Below, in pieces: positions 6,723 through 14,650 of a DNA stretch of 47,668 nucleotides (position 1 is the stretch's first letter; every line of letters begins with the position of its first letter). The position numbers and the translations under genes are program-made. Source of the stretch: Candidatus Omnitrophota bacterium (GTDB taxonomy: Bacteria; Omnitrophota; Gorgyraeia; JABMRG01); contig JABMQS010000036.1 in assembly GCA_013202525.1 (NCBI GenBank), positions 1 through 47,668 of the forward strand, in the 5' to 3' direction. Under the pieces are notes generated by a model. It ran no database searches. It was not told where the DNA came from and worked only from the letters and a program-made list of their open reading frames with translations.

Positions 6723-8966
6723 ATGATATTGATAGCTGCATTATTGGTTGGAATAAACGCCATAGTGAGCCAGGCGGTGCTCATAAGAGAGCTTCTGGTA
6801 AACTTCTCAGGAAACGAACTCCTGCTGGGCATAATCTTTGCGACATGGCTTACAGGCGGGGTTATCGGCAGCCTCCTGATCGCAAAGAGATTTATAGATA
6901 GAGTCAAGAGGCCGCAAGCCATCTTTGCTGCTGCGCTCTCTTTTCTAAGTGTTATAACCCCATCGATACTCTTTCTCTCCCGGGCCGCAAGAATACTTTT
7001 TCATATCCCGATATACGAAATGATCGGGCCTCTGCAGGCGCTTCTTATCTGCGCCCTGCTGCTTATGCCTGTATCGTGTCTTATCAGTATATGTTTTCTG
7101 TTATGCTGCAAGATGCTAAAAGATAGGAACGCCACCGCCAATGCAGCAGGCACTGTCTATGTGCTGGAGGCACTCGGGGCAACCTTAGCTGGTGTGATAT
7201 TCAGCTTCCTGCTGATAAGGCATTTCAGCCCATTTCAGATCGTATTCGGACTGATGTCTATAAACTTCCTGTATATCCTCTGGTTATCGGCAATCTCCAA
7301 AAGGGGCGTCTTTCCTGCCCTGCTCTTGCTTATCATATCTATCGCTGCCATTGCGCTTGGTGCTCCGCAGGCCCTTGATAGGAAAACTCAAGCCCTCCAG
7401 TGGTATCCGCAAGAGGTCGTGGCCTATGAGAACTCACCCTATGGGAACATAAGCGTAACGAAGATAGGTGAGGGTTTCAACTTTTATGAGAACGGGGCAC
7501 TCTTCTTCACCACACACGATAAGGCATTTAATGAAGAGTTTGCCCATCTGATCATGCTGCAGCACCCGAGGCCTGAAAAGGTCCTACTGATAGGAAACGG
7601 CATAGGCGGCCTGCTGCAAGAGCTGCTGCAACATAACCCTCAAGATATCACATATCTTGAGCTCGATCCCATGGCGATAAAGATCGGTAAGGATTTTGTA
7701 TCAGATAAAGACAGGGAGGCTCTCCTCGACCCCCGCATCCACATAATCAACGAGGACGGAAGGTTCTTCATAAAAAGGACGGAAGATGTATTCGATATCA
7801 TAATAGTAAACCTGCCTGATCCCACGACGCTGCAATTGAACCGCTTCTACACAGAGGAGTTCTACTCCGAAGCAAAAAAGCGTCTGGACAGAAACGGCAT
7901 CCTGGCTGCCAGTGTCTTCTCGAAAGAGGCAATAATAAGTAACGAACTGGCGCGCTATAATGCCTCTGTCTACAAGACATTGGAATCCGCCTTCTCCTAC
8001 GTTGAGTTTATACCGGGCGAAAACCTTATATTTGTAGCTTCGGATAGCCCGGGCATAATGGACAACAGGCCCCAAGGCTTAATAGACAGGTTTAAACAAA
8101 GGGGACTTAAAACAGAGTTCCTGACAACGTATCATATAAAAGACGCCTACTACCCGCACGCGGTATCATATTTCAAAAAGAGGCTCACTCAACAAAAGAA
8201 TATAGCCAAGATAAACAGAGACTTTCAGCCCATATGTTTCTATTATGATATTATACTCTGGGCTGTTATGTTTGGGCCTTCTGCGGTAGGATTCTTTAAC
8301 CTTCTGGTAAATTGTAACCTTTATTTGCTCGCAGCTATTCTTATCTTATTATTTTCCGCCGGGCTCTCTGTGATAAGAATAAAAAAAGACCATTTAAGAC
8401 TTATCATCCCACCTATAATAGCAGCGAGCGGAGCAGCCGGCATCACCCTTGAGATGATACTCATACTCTGCTTTCAGATCAGCTACGGCTATGTCTATGA
8501 GAAGGTGGGTCTGCTGATAGCATTATTTATGCTTGGGGCAGCGTCCGGGGCCTATGTGATAAACAGAAACCTCAAACACATAAGAGACCACCTGAAACTG
8601 CTCTGTTCTGTATGCATCGCCTTCTGCGTCTATATAGCAGCTGCGCCTTTTATAATAAGGATGAGCGCATCGATGCCTACAGAGGCCATGCAGCCGATAT
8701 TCTACCTGATGATACTAGGAGCAGGCGGGGCCATAGGCAGCCAGTTTCCGCTCGCTGTGGCCATACTTCAGAAAAAAACCACAGCCGCAAATTCTGCAGC
8801 TGTGGTATGGGGCTCTGATCTCTTCGGTGCTACCTTAGGCACCCTTGTATCAAGTCTTGTGCTTATGCCTGTGCTCGGAATATTTCAAACCGCTGTTGGA
8901 TACGCCCTGCTGGTCGGAGCAGGAGCTATTCTTCTGTTTCTTTCTCGCCAAAGACTTCAGCAGTAA
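6723..8966 (+). CDS. polytopic membrane protein with embedded spermidine synthase-like (aminopropyltransferase-fold) domain
   Basis: 747 aa, and the only plus-strand gene. TM-rich N- and C-terminal regions flank VLLIGNGIGGLLQELLQH...ITYLELDP...DIIIVNLPDPTT...FYTEEFY, which is the SpeE-type motif order. Confidence 0.75.
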   Translation: MILIAALLVGINAIVSQAVLIRELLVNFSGNELLLGIIFATWLTGGVIGSLLIAKRFIDRVKRPQAIFAAALSFLSVITPSILFLSRAARILFHIPIYEMIGPLQALLICALLLMPVSCLISICFLLCCKMLKDRNATANAAGTVYVLEALGATLAGVIFSFLLIRHFSPFQIVFGLMSINFLYILWLSAISKRGVFPALLLLIISIAAIALGAPQALDRKTQALQWYPQEVVAYENSPYGNISVTKIGEGFNFYENGALFFTTHDKAFNEEFAHLIMLQHPRPEKVLLIGNGIGGLLQELLQHNPQDITYLELDPMAIKIGKDFVSDKDREALLDPRIHIINEDGRFFIKRTEDVFDIIIVNLPDPTTLQLNRFYTEEFYSEAKKRLDRNGILAASVFSKEAIISNELARYNASVYKTLESAFSYVEFIPGENLIFVASDSPGIMDNRPQGLIDRFKQRGLKTEFLTTYHIKDAYYPHAVSYFKKRLTQQKNIAKINRDFQPICFYYDIILWAVMFGPSAVGFFNLLVNCNLYLLAAILILLFSAGLSVIRIKKDHLRLIIPPIIAASGAAGITLEMILILCFQISYGYVYEKVGLLIALFMLGAASGAYVINRNLKHIRDHLKLLCSVCIAFCVYIAAAPFIIRMSASMPTEAMQPIFYLMILGAGGAIGSQFPLAVAILQKKTTAANSAAVVWGSDLFGATLGTLVSSLVLMPVLGIFQTAVGYALLVGAGAILLFLSRQRLQQ

Positions 8967-10440
8967 ATATATATATATCGCAGCCGCCTTTCTTCCAGCT
9001 GTCTGCGGGCAGGCCTGCCTTATGCAGACACAGCGAGTCCATAAACCTCTCCCTGGACCAACCGGTCTCAGTGCCTACCTGCGGAAGATAGACGCCGCTC
9101 CTGAACCCCTTCTGTACCATAACCCCGTGCTTTCCTATGACTATCTTCTCAGGGTCATCTATTATCTTCATGGGGGATAGTACAGATATCTCTATATCTA
9201 TATCTTTGAGCTCATCCTTTCTGACCGGCGGAAACCTCGGATCCTGCGTGGAGGCAGATACCGCCATATCACGAATAGTAAGGTATAAAGGCCCTTTGCC
9301 GGTCATGTTTCCTATGCAGCCGCGCAGCTGGCCGTTCTTGTGCAGGGTAACAAAGGCGCCCAACTCCTCATTTAAGACAGGGTCTTCTTCTTTAAAGTCC
9401 GGGACCCTTCTTTCTTTTATGTACGCCTCAAGGGTTGCCCTGGCGATCACAAGCAACCTCCTCTTCTGTTTTGCATTCAACAGCTCTTCCATCTTAGGCT
9501 CCTTCTCTTTCATTTCAGTCTCTGTTTGCGGTGCGGCCTGCCTTGAGGACTTATAAATCACAAGGGAGGCATAGCCTACTACAGCACTCTTATCGATAGT
9601 AACGTCTCCCGACGTTGCATACTTCAACACATCTATCTTGTTTGCGCCGAGGTTGCGGGCAGCCATCATGGTGCCTATCAAGGCCGTTCTTCCGCACGGC
9701 GTATCCTTGTTTGACATGGTTGAAAACTTTAAGAATAGCAACTCAGGATCAAAAGCTGCTATATCGGTGAGGTTGTCTTTGTCTATAAGGCGCGCCTTGG
9801 AATCCGGGTAGTGATGCGAAAGGTCCGTACTTGCAACAATAATGATATCGTCTCTTCCTTTTACAACCGCTGTAAGCGCGTCCCGCAGCAGTGTGCAGGT
9901 ATCATAAGAGGGCACTCCTGTTATTATCACAACGATCTTAAAATCCTCCAAAGACTCCTGCAGGAACGGGATCTCGACCTCTGCCGCATGCTCTGCTACA
10001 AAGGGCTGCGCATAAGAAACTATCCTATCATCGTACTCCAAAAACTGGGTTGTGAGTTCCTTATCTATCGGCACCTTACCCAGCGGCGTAAGATATGAAT
10101 CCTTATACAAGACTGCCAGGCCCTCAAACCCATACTTATGGCTCGGCGCGACTACAATGGCCGTCTTGAAGGGCCTTCCCTTGATCGCCTTAAAGGCATA
10201 GCCGGCTACCCAACCTGAATAAGGATATCCCGCGTGCGGCGCCACCACTGCAATGATCTTTCCATCCACTTCCTTAGCATCGGCCTCATCTATATACTTA
10301 TCGACCATCTTCTTTAAGGCCTTCTTATCCTTCGGATAGAAGAACCCCGCTGTCTGCGGCTGATGCACATCCTCTGCATATACCACACTCCCTGTCAGCA
10401 ATATGATCGTCAGGATTACAGAGATCTTCATCTTTCCCAT
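8926..10440 (-). CDS. AmmeMemoRadiSam system fusion protein (Memo-like protein B fused to AMMECR1-like protein A)
   Basis: The N-terminal half has the Memo motif VAPHAGYPYSGWVAGYAF. The C-terminal half has the AMMECR1 motif FVTLHKNGQLRGCIG. The N-terminus is signal-like (ISVILTIILLTGSVVYA). An alternative ATG at 10431 gives an ATGA overlap with the upstream stop. Confidence 0.8.
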   Translation of the reverse strand: MGKMKISVILTIILLTGSVVYAEDVHQPQTAGFFYPKDKKALKKMVDKYIDEADAKEVDGKIIAVVAPHAGYPYSGWVAGYAFKAIKGRPFKTAIVVAPSHKYGFEGLAVLYKDSYLTPLGKVPIDKELTTQFLEYDDRIVSYAQPFVAEHAAEVEIPFLQESLEDFKIVVIITGVPSYDTCTLLRDALTAVVKGRDDIIIVASTDLSHHYPDSKARLIDKDNLTDIAAFDPELLFLKFSTMSNKDTPCGRTALIGTMMAARNLGANKIDVLKYATSGDVTIDKSAVVGYASLVIYKSSRQAAPQTETEMKEKEPKMEELLNAKQKRRLLVIARATLEAYIKERRVPDFKEEDPVLNEELGAFVTLHKNGQLRGCIGNMTGKGPLYLTIRDMAVSASTQDPRFPPVRKDELKDIDIEISVLSPMKIIDDPEKIVIGKHGVMVQKGFRSGVYLPQVGTETGWSRERFMDSLCLHKAGLPADSWKKGGCDIYIFTAEVFGEKETEE

Positions 10441-11546
10441 ATACCCGCTATCCTCTCGTCACAGAACTTACACTTACCGTCTTTTATATTATACCCTACT
10501 ATACTATAGCCCATCCTCTCAACCAATGGCTTGCCGCAACCGGGGCAGAACGTAGTCTCACCCTTGTGGCCCGGAATATTGCCTATGTATACATAACGCA
10601 GACCTGCCTCTACAGCGATCTTTCTCGCCTTCTCAAGCGTAGATACCGGTGTTGGGGAGAGATTTGCCAATTTGTACATGGGCCAGAAGCGCGCAAAATG
10701 CACGGGTGTATCAGAGCCGAGATGTTCCTTTATCCAGATACAGGTCTCTCTTATATAGCTCATGTCATCGGAGAGGGTCGGGATGATGAGGCATGTGATC
10801 TCAAGCCATACACCCTCTTCTCTAAGTATCTCAAGGCTGCGCAGGACATCTTCCCTTTTGCCCAGGCACATATCATCATAGAACTTGTCCGAACCTTTCA
10901 GGTCTATATTCGCGGCATCCAGGTATTTGCATAATTCCCGCAGCGGTTTCTCATTTATAAAACCTGCCGAATGCATTACATTCAGAATGCCTCTTTTTCG
11001 GGCAAGTTTTGCAGTATCAAGCATATATTCATAGAATATCGTGGGTTCTGTATATGTGTAGGCGATGCTCGCGGAGCCGCTTGAGGATGTAAGGGCAATG
11101 AGATCCTCTGGGCTCAATTCATCATAGGGGACCTCTTCGGGGGAGGCCTGAGATATCTGCCAGTTCTGGCAGAATTTGCAGGCAAGGTTACAACCTGCTG
11201 TTGCTATGGAGAATGACTTTGTGCCGGGCAGCACATGGAACAGGGGTTTTTTCTCAATAGGGTCTACGTGGACAGCACAGGGTTTTCCGTATACGAGTGA
11301 ATATAGTACGCCGTCTCTGTTCTCCCTTGACCTGCAGAATCCCCTCTTTTTGTCTGCAATAACACACCTGCGGGGACATAATACACAGCGCACCTTCTTG
11401 CCATCCATCTTCTCATAATACATCGCCTCTTTGGTATCAAGGGATTGGAGCTTTTCGGCCAGGGCAACAGAGGCATAATGGGAAAAGGCTTGAGTAGATA
11501 CAATTATACCTATAAGGATTAAGACAGAAAACAGCACTCTCTTCAT
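10428..11546 (-). CDS. AmmeMemoRadiSam system radical SAM enzyme
   Basis: Carries the CNLACKFCQNW radical-SAM CxxxCxxC motif and a PFL-activase-like layout. It sits adjacent to and overlapping the Memo-AMMECR1 gene. The N-terminus is hydrophobic (MKRVLFSVLILIGIIVSTQA). Confidence 0.8.
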   Translation of the reverse strand: MKRVLFSVLILIGIIVSTQAFSHYASVALAEKLQSLDTKEAMYYEKMDGKKVRCVLCPRRCVIADKKRGFCRSRENRDGVLYSLVYGKPCAVHVDPIEKKPLFHVLPGTKSFSIATAGCNLACKFCQNWQISQASPEEVPYDELSPEDLIALTSSSGSASIAYTYTEPTIFYEYMLDTAKLARKRGILNVMHSAGFINEKPLRELCKYLDAANIDLKGSDKFYDDMCLGKREDVLRSLEILREEGVWLEITCLIIPTLSDDMSYIRETCIWIKEHLGSDTPVHFARFWPMYKLANLSPTPVSTLEKARKIAVEAGLRYVYIGNIPGHKGETTFCPGCGKPLVERMGYSIVGYNIKDGKCKFCDERIAGIWER

Positions 11547-11585
11547 AATGTTTCTTATTATACTGCAAGCGGGCGGGATTTAAAA

Positions 11586-11655
11586 GAAAAAATTACCGGG
11601 CAGGCAGATCACAAAGGATCTGCCTGTTGCTTTTCCCCTGGCAAGGGCCCGGTAA
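11586..11655 (-). terminator. Rho-independent terminator (nested stems plus T-run)
   Basis: On the minus strand the inner stem is CAGGCAGATC/GATCTGCCTG (11601-11626) and the outer stem is TTACCGGG/CCCGGTAA. TTTTTT follows. Confidence 0.6.
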
Positions 11656-11657
11656 TA

Positions 11658-13154
11658 TTATGCCTGGCTTAAAATATGTCCATCGATGCGCCTGGTGCTT
11701 CCTGCTAAAGGTACTGCGCCTCCGCTGGATGAGAACTTAACAGGCTCTGTCAGCTCACGATTGTCCTTCTGTTCTTCCTGCCTGACAAGAAAGAGCTTGC
11801 AGATCTTCAGGTTCATCTCAACAGGCGCGAATATATTCACCTTTGCTACTTCTTTTCCTTTGGTAGCGGCAGCTATATCATCACATACGTATATATAGGC
11901 GCTATAACCCTTTTCCCTTCTTACTACTACAAAGTGGACCTTCGCATCCTGCTTAAGCGTAAAATACCACCTGTTTTCTACTCCGTGTATCCTGTCAGGC
12001 CCAAATAGTTCCCAATCCGCGTTCTCAGATATGAGGCCATACTCACCCTCTAGGAGCTTGGCGGCATTATGTGCCAGGTGCTTAAAAATCCCATCCTCCA
12101 CTGCAAACTCCCTAAAAGATTTTTCCGGCTTTACACCTTCTGTCTCCGGTTGGGGATACTTTTCTTTGTATCTTCTGCTACAGTCTCCCCATATATTATC
12201 ATTAAGAATAGTAAGGGCCCCTGATAAGGGAGGGTGTATAATATCAAACCACTTGTTAAACCCTTTCTCCGTGCCTTTTCCTTTATATGTATTGTAATAT
12301 TTCTTCCAGATGAAGCCTAATGCATAGTCAGGAGGCAGCTTCCATACGCCGCTGCGCTCAAACTTCTCCCTATACACATAGAATGATATAAAGCAGGCAA
12401 AGTCCCTGTCTGTTACGCAGAGGCCTCTTAGCTGTTCTCGGTTCATCTTCCAGACCTTATCCCACGTCACCCTGCCTCCGGTAAGCAGTTTTAGCAGCCT
12501 CTTAAATCTCTTGATCTCTCTGTGGCGGCCCGTAGCTACGATCTTTCCTTTCTTATTAGCCACCGGCCAGGTCATATAATTATGGACTATGCCGTATGCT
12601 GTATGGCCTGTTATCTGATAGAATCCGTTTCCATTGTGTGACTTCTTATTGTACTTATCCAGGAAATTGGTCTCCCTGGCTACTGTCCCAAGCATAAGGA
12701 GCCTCCAGCGCCTCAGCTGTTCAGCATCCGCATCCGGAATAATTAGTTTAGCCATCTTTTCAACCCTGCTATATTCCTGCGCATAATTCTTGAATTGCCC
12801 GGCATTTAACCTCGCTGAAGCTACAACCGCGGCAGCATAGCTTATGATAGGCTCTTCCGGGGCCGGTGGAATTGGGTTCAGCTCTATTGGAAATTGCGGA
12901 GGCGGCAGTGATGCCAGCAAAGCGACCTGTGCAGGATCTGCCTGGGCTTTTCCTCCTGAAAGACCTAAGACCAGTGCCGCACTAAGGCCTGCCAAGACAA
13001 TGCGCTTTCCAGCCGAGGACTGCTTCTCGGAAGATGACAAACTACTGGCCATAGGCCGTAAGGCATGACGGCTCGCAGAACCACCAAGGCCTGGGGTAGT
13101 AGCCATCATAACCATGGCTACGCAGATTATAAGAGATACTGGTCTTTTCAGCAT
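11658..13154 (-). CDS. secreted protein with possible lytic-transglycosylase-like core
   Basis: 498 aa with an N-terminal hydrophobic segment. VARETNF...GFYQITGHTAYG resembles the E-S/T ... G-x-x-Q-I motifs of SLT domains. This is weak and from memory; the rest is unrecognised. Confidence 0.5.
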   Translation of the reverse strand: MLKRPVSLIICVAMVMMATTPGLGGSASRHALRPMASSLSSSEKQSSAGKRIVLAGLSAALVLGLSGGKAQADPAQVALLASLPPPQFPIELNPIPPAPEEPIISYAAAVVASARLNAGQFKNYAQEYSRVEKMAKLIIPDADAEQLRRWRLLMLGTVARETNFLDKYNKKSHNGNGFYQITGHTAYGIVHNYMTWPVANKKGKIVATGRHREIKRFKRLLKLLTGGRVTWDKVWKMNREQLRGLCVTDRDFACFISFYVYREKFERSGVWKLPPDYALGFIWKKYYNTYKGKGTEKGFNKWFDIIHPPLSGALTILNDNIWGDCSRRYKEKYPQPETEGVKPEKSFREFAVEDGIFKHLAHNAAKLLEGEYGLISENADWELFGPDRIHGVENRWYFTLKQDAKVHFVVVRREKGYSAYIYVCDDIAAATKGKEVAKVNIFAPVEMNLKICKLFLVRQEEQKDNRELTEPVKFSSSGGAVPLAGSTRRIDGHILSQA

Positions 13155-13373
13155 GACTGTCCTTTTATTTAATTCTTTATTAAACTATATAATAAGTAGG
13201 GGAAGAAATAGCGGCTCTTAGAACCGCGTCTTATTAGTATAAATATGCCCTATAACCTCTATAAAGTCAAGGTCAAGGGGCTGATTTTTTGGATTTTTTA
13301 AAAGGCAGGTTTGATACCGTTTTATTCCTTCGTAGCCCTACCATGATATTAGATATTGCAGGGCGAAGAAGAA

Positions 13374-13449
13374 TGGTGGAGATGGGGGGGTTCGAACCCC
13401 CGGCCTCCTGAGTGCGATTCAGGCGCGCTCCCAGCTGCGCTACATCCCC
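13374..13449 (-). tRNA. tRNA-Ala (anticodon CGC), CCA encoded
   Basis: 76-nt cloverleaf. The acceptor GGGGATG/CATCTCC contains the G3:U70 pair. The D arm is GCGC/GCGC and the anticodon stem CCTGA/TCAGG carries the loop AT-CGC-AC. The T arm is GGGGG-TTCGAAC-CCCCC, followed by ACCA. Confidence 0.9.
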
Positions 13450-13464
13450 ACGAAAAGTGAGTGA

Positions 13465-13493
13465 ATTATATCATATGAAGGGGGTATTTTCAA
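13465..13493 (-). promoter_or_regulatory. sigma70-like promoter for tRNA-Ala (TTGAAA-N17-TATAAT), related to module A
   Basis: Minus strand reads TTGAAAataccccCttcatatgaTATAAT. The -10 ends 15 nt before the tRNA 5' end. Confidence 0.55.
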
Positions 13494-13528
13494 GGTAAAA
13501 AACAGACTGCCGGGTTCCCATAGCAAAC

Positions 13529-13581
13529 AAAAAACCCAAGCAGCTAAGGCTTGGGTCGTGTGGTTGTTTCTCTTTTTATGT
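13529..13581 (-). terminator. Rho-independent terminator plus conserved 3'UTR, module B copy 2
   Basis: Minus strand forms CCCAAGC-N7-GCTTGGG (13535-13555) followed by TTTTTT. It matches 2074-2124 at 49 of 51 positions. Confidence 0.7.
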
Positions 13582-13608
13582 CTGCTATGAGCTCGGGGCT
13601 CACTTAGT

Positions 13609-13989
13609 TTAAGCTCCTACAATTAATTCGACTTTGTCGTTACTCCATAACTTGAAACGAAAATGAGCACCATCTTTTTCATATGTAATTCTAGTAATCT
13701 GACTATAGAATATAAATTTTGCGTGCACAACTCGCTCAATGCTGCTTCTTCCGCTATCATTTGGGTCATTGTGGCGAAATATAAACAGCCCCCTATCATT
13801 AATAAAGCATATCTTTGTCAAAGAAGTATTTTCTGCATATAAAACAACATCTGGAAGCTTGCCAAATTTATCATAATACACTTTATTAAAGTCATTCCAC
13901 AATTCTTTTCGCAAGTCATATTGATTTTTCGCATACGCAATACTCGCCACTAAAACCAACGCGATAATTATTATCAATACCTTCTTCAT
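13609..13989 (-). CDS. small secreted protein, unknown function
   Basis: ATG at 13989 (MKKVLIIIIALVLVASIAYA) is preceded by GGAAGGAG. The track ORF starts 8 codons earlier, inside motif C. Confidence 0.55.
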   Translation of the reverse strand: MKKVLIIIIALVLVASIAYAKNQYDLRKELWNDFNKVYYDKFGKLPDVVLYAENTSLTKICFINDRGLFIFRHNDPNDSGRSSIERVVHAKFIFYSQITRITYEKDGAHFRFKLWSNDKVELIVGA

Positions 13990-14011
13990 ATTCTCCTTCC
14001 TAAACTGTTGC

Positions 14012-14029
14012 ACTACTTTGGGGCGGGTG
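14012..14029 (-). repeat. intergenic repeat motif C, copy 3 (core 18-mer only)
   Basis: actactttggggcgggtg is identical to 10-27 and 1590-1607. It again lies between a stop codon and the next gene's RBS. Confidence 0.75.
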
Positions 14030-14056
14030 GGTTAAATGGGTAAACGGCTTTTATTC

Positions 14057-14365
14057 TTAATGTTCAAATCCGTGTTCCGCAATACGCGCTTTTTTATCGG
14101 AGTTTACATTTATCCATACCTCTTTACCAGTCGTTGAAGAAAAATGTAATTTCCAATCTCCTTCCGAAAAGGTCTTTGCAAGGAAGGCACCTATGCAATA
14201 AAAATTTGCATCTTCTTTCTTTTTTAGTTCTTCCTTTGCAATCTTCAGCGCTTCTTCTAATGCTACAGGTGGTTTTTCTGTCTTATTCCACGTGATTCTT
14301 CTAGCGTAAGATGTTCCCGTTGCCACCACAATTAAGAGAATTAGAATTAATAGTATTTTCCTCAT
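14057..14365 (-). CDS. small secreted protein, unknown function
   Basis: 102-aa ORF with GGAGG 7 nt upstream of the ATG. Signal peptide MRKILLILILLIVVATGTSYA. Confidence 0.55.
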   Translation of the reverse strand: MRKILLILILLIVVATGTSYARRITWNKTEKPPVALEEALKIAKEELKKKEDANFYCIGAFLAKTFSEGDWKLHFSSTTGKEVWINVNSDKKARIAEHGFEH

Positions 14366-14433
14366 ATATTTCCTCCGGTTAACACAGCATCAGCAGCTCA
14401 GCCCTTCGTTAGGAGCTAGCCCTATTTACACCT

Positions 14434-14489
14434 ATTCTACGCCTATGGAGGGGGTGTTTTCAAGGATATTTTGTGTTTTAGGAAAAACT
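14434..14489 (-). promoter_or_regulatory. sigma70-like promoter, module A copy 3 (TTGAAA-N18-TAGAAT) with conserved upstream extension
   Basis: The -10 is at 14434-14439 and the -35 at 14458-14463. The spacer and upstream extension are nearly identical to 2837-2887. The first ~35 nt of the 5'UTR resemble 1985-2006. Confidence 0.55.
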
Positions 14490-14551
14490 GCGGGACTTAG
14501 GGGCATTGTAGGTTGCGAAGCACCTTAACAGCGTATGAATTATATCACGCC

Positions 14552-14635
14552 TCACATATACAATATAGCGAACATGACGAACCACGCCAATAGTAGCGCT
14601 ACTGCTATGATTTTAGTGGTATGTTTTTTATACAT
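14552..14635 (-). CDS. possible 27-aa hydrophobic peptide
   Basis: Encodes MYKKHTTKIIAVALLLAWFVMFAILYM. AAGGA lies ~9 nt upstream. It starts 16 nt after the stop of the HAMP gene. It is too short to be called with confidence. Confidence 0.25.
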   Translation of the reverse strand: MYKKHTTKIIAVALLLAWFVMFAILYM

Positions 14636-14650
14636 TTCTACCAATCCTTA

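Noticed and set aside
13155-13373. Integrated element at the tRNA-Ala 3' end
   Set aside because: I found no integrase and no direct repeat of the tRNA 3' segment in the window. The AT-rich islet lies on the 5' (promoter) side instead.
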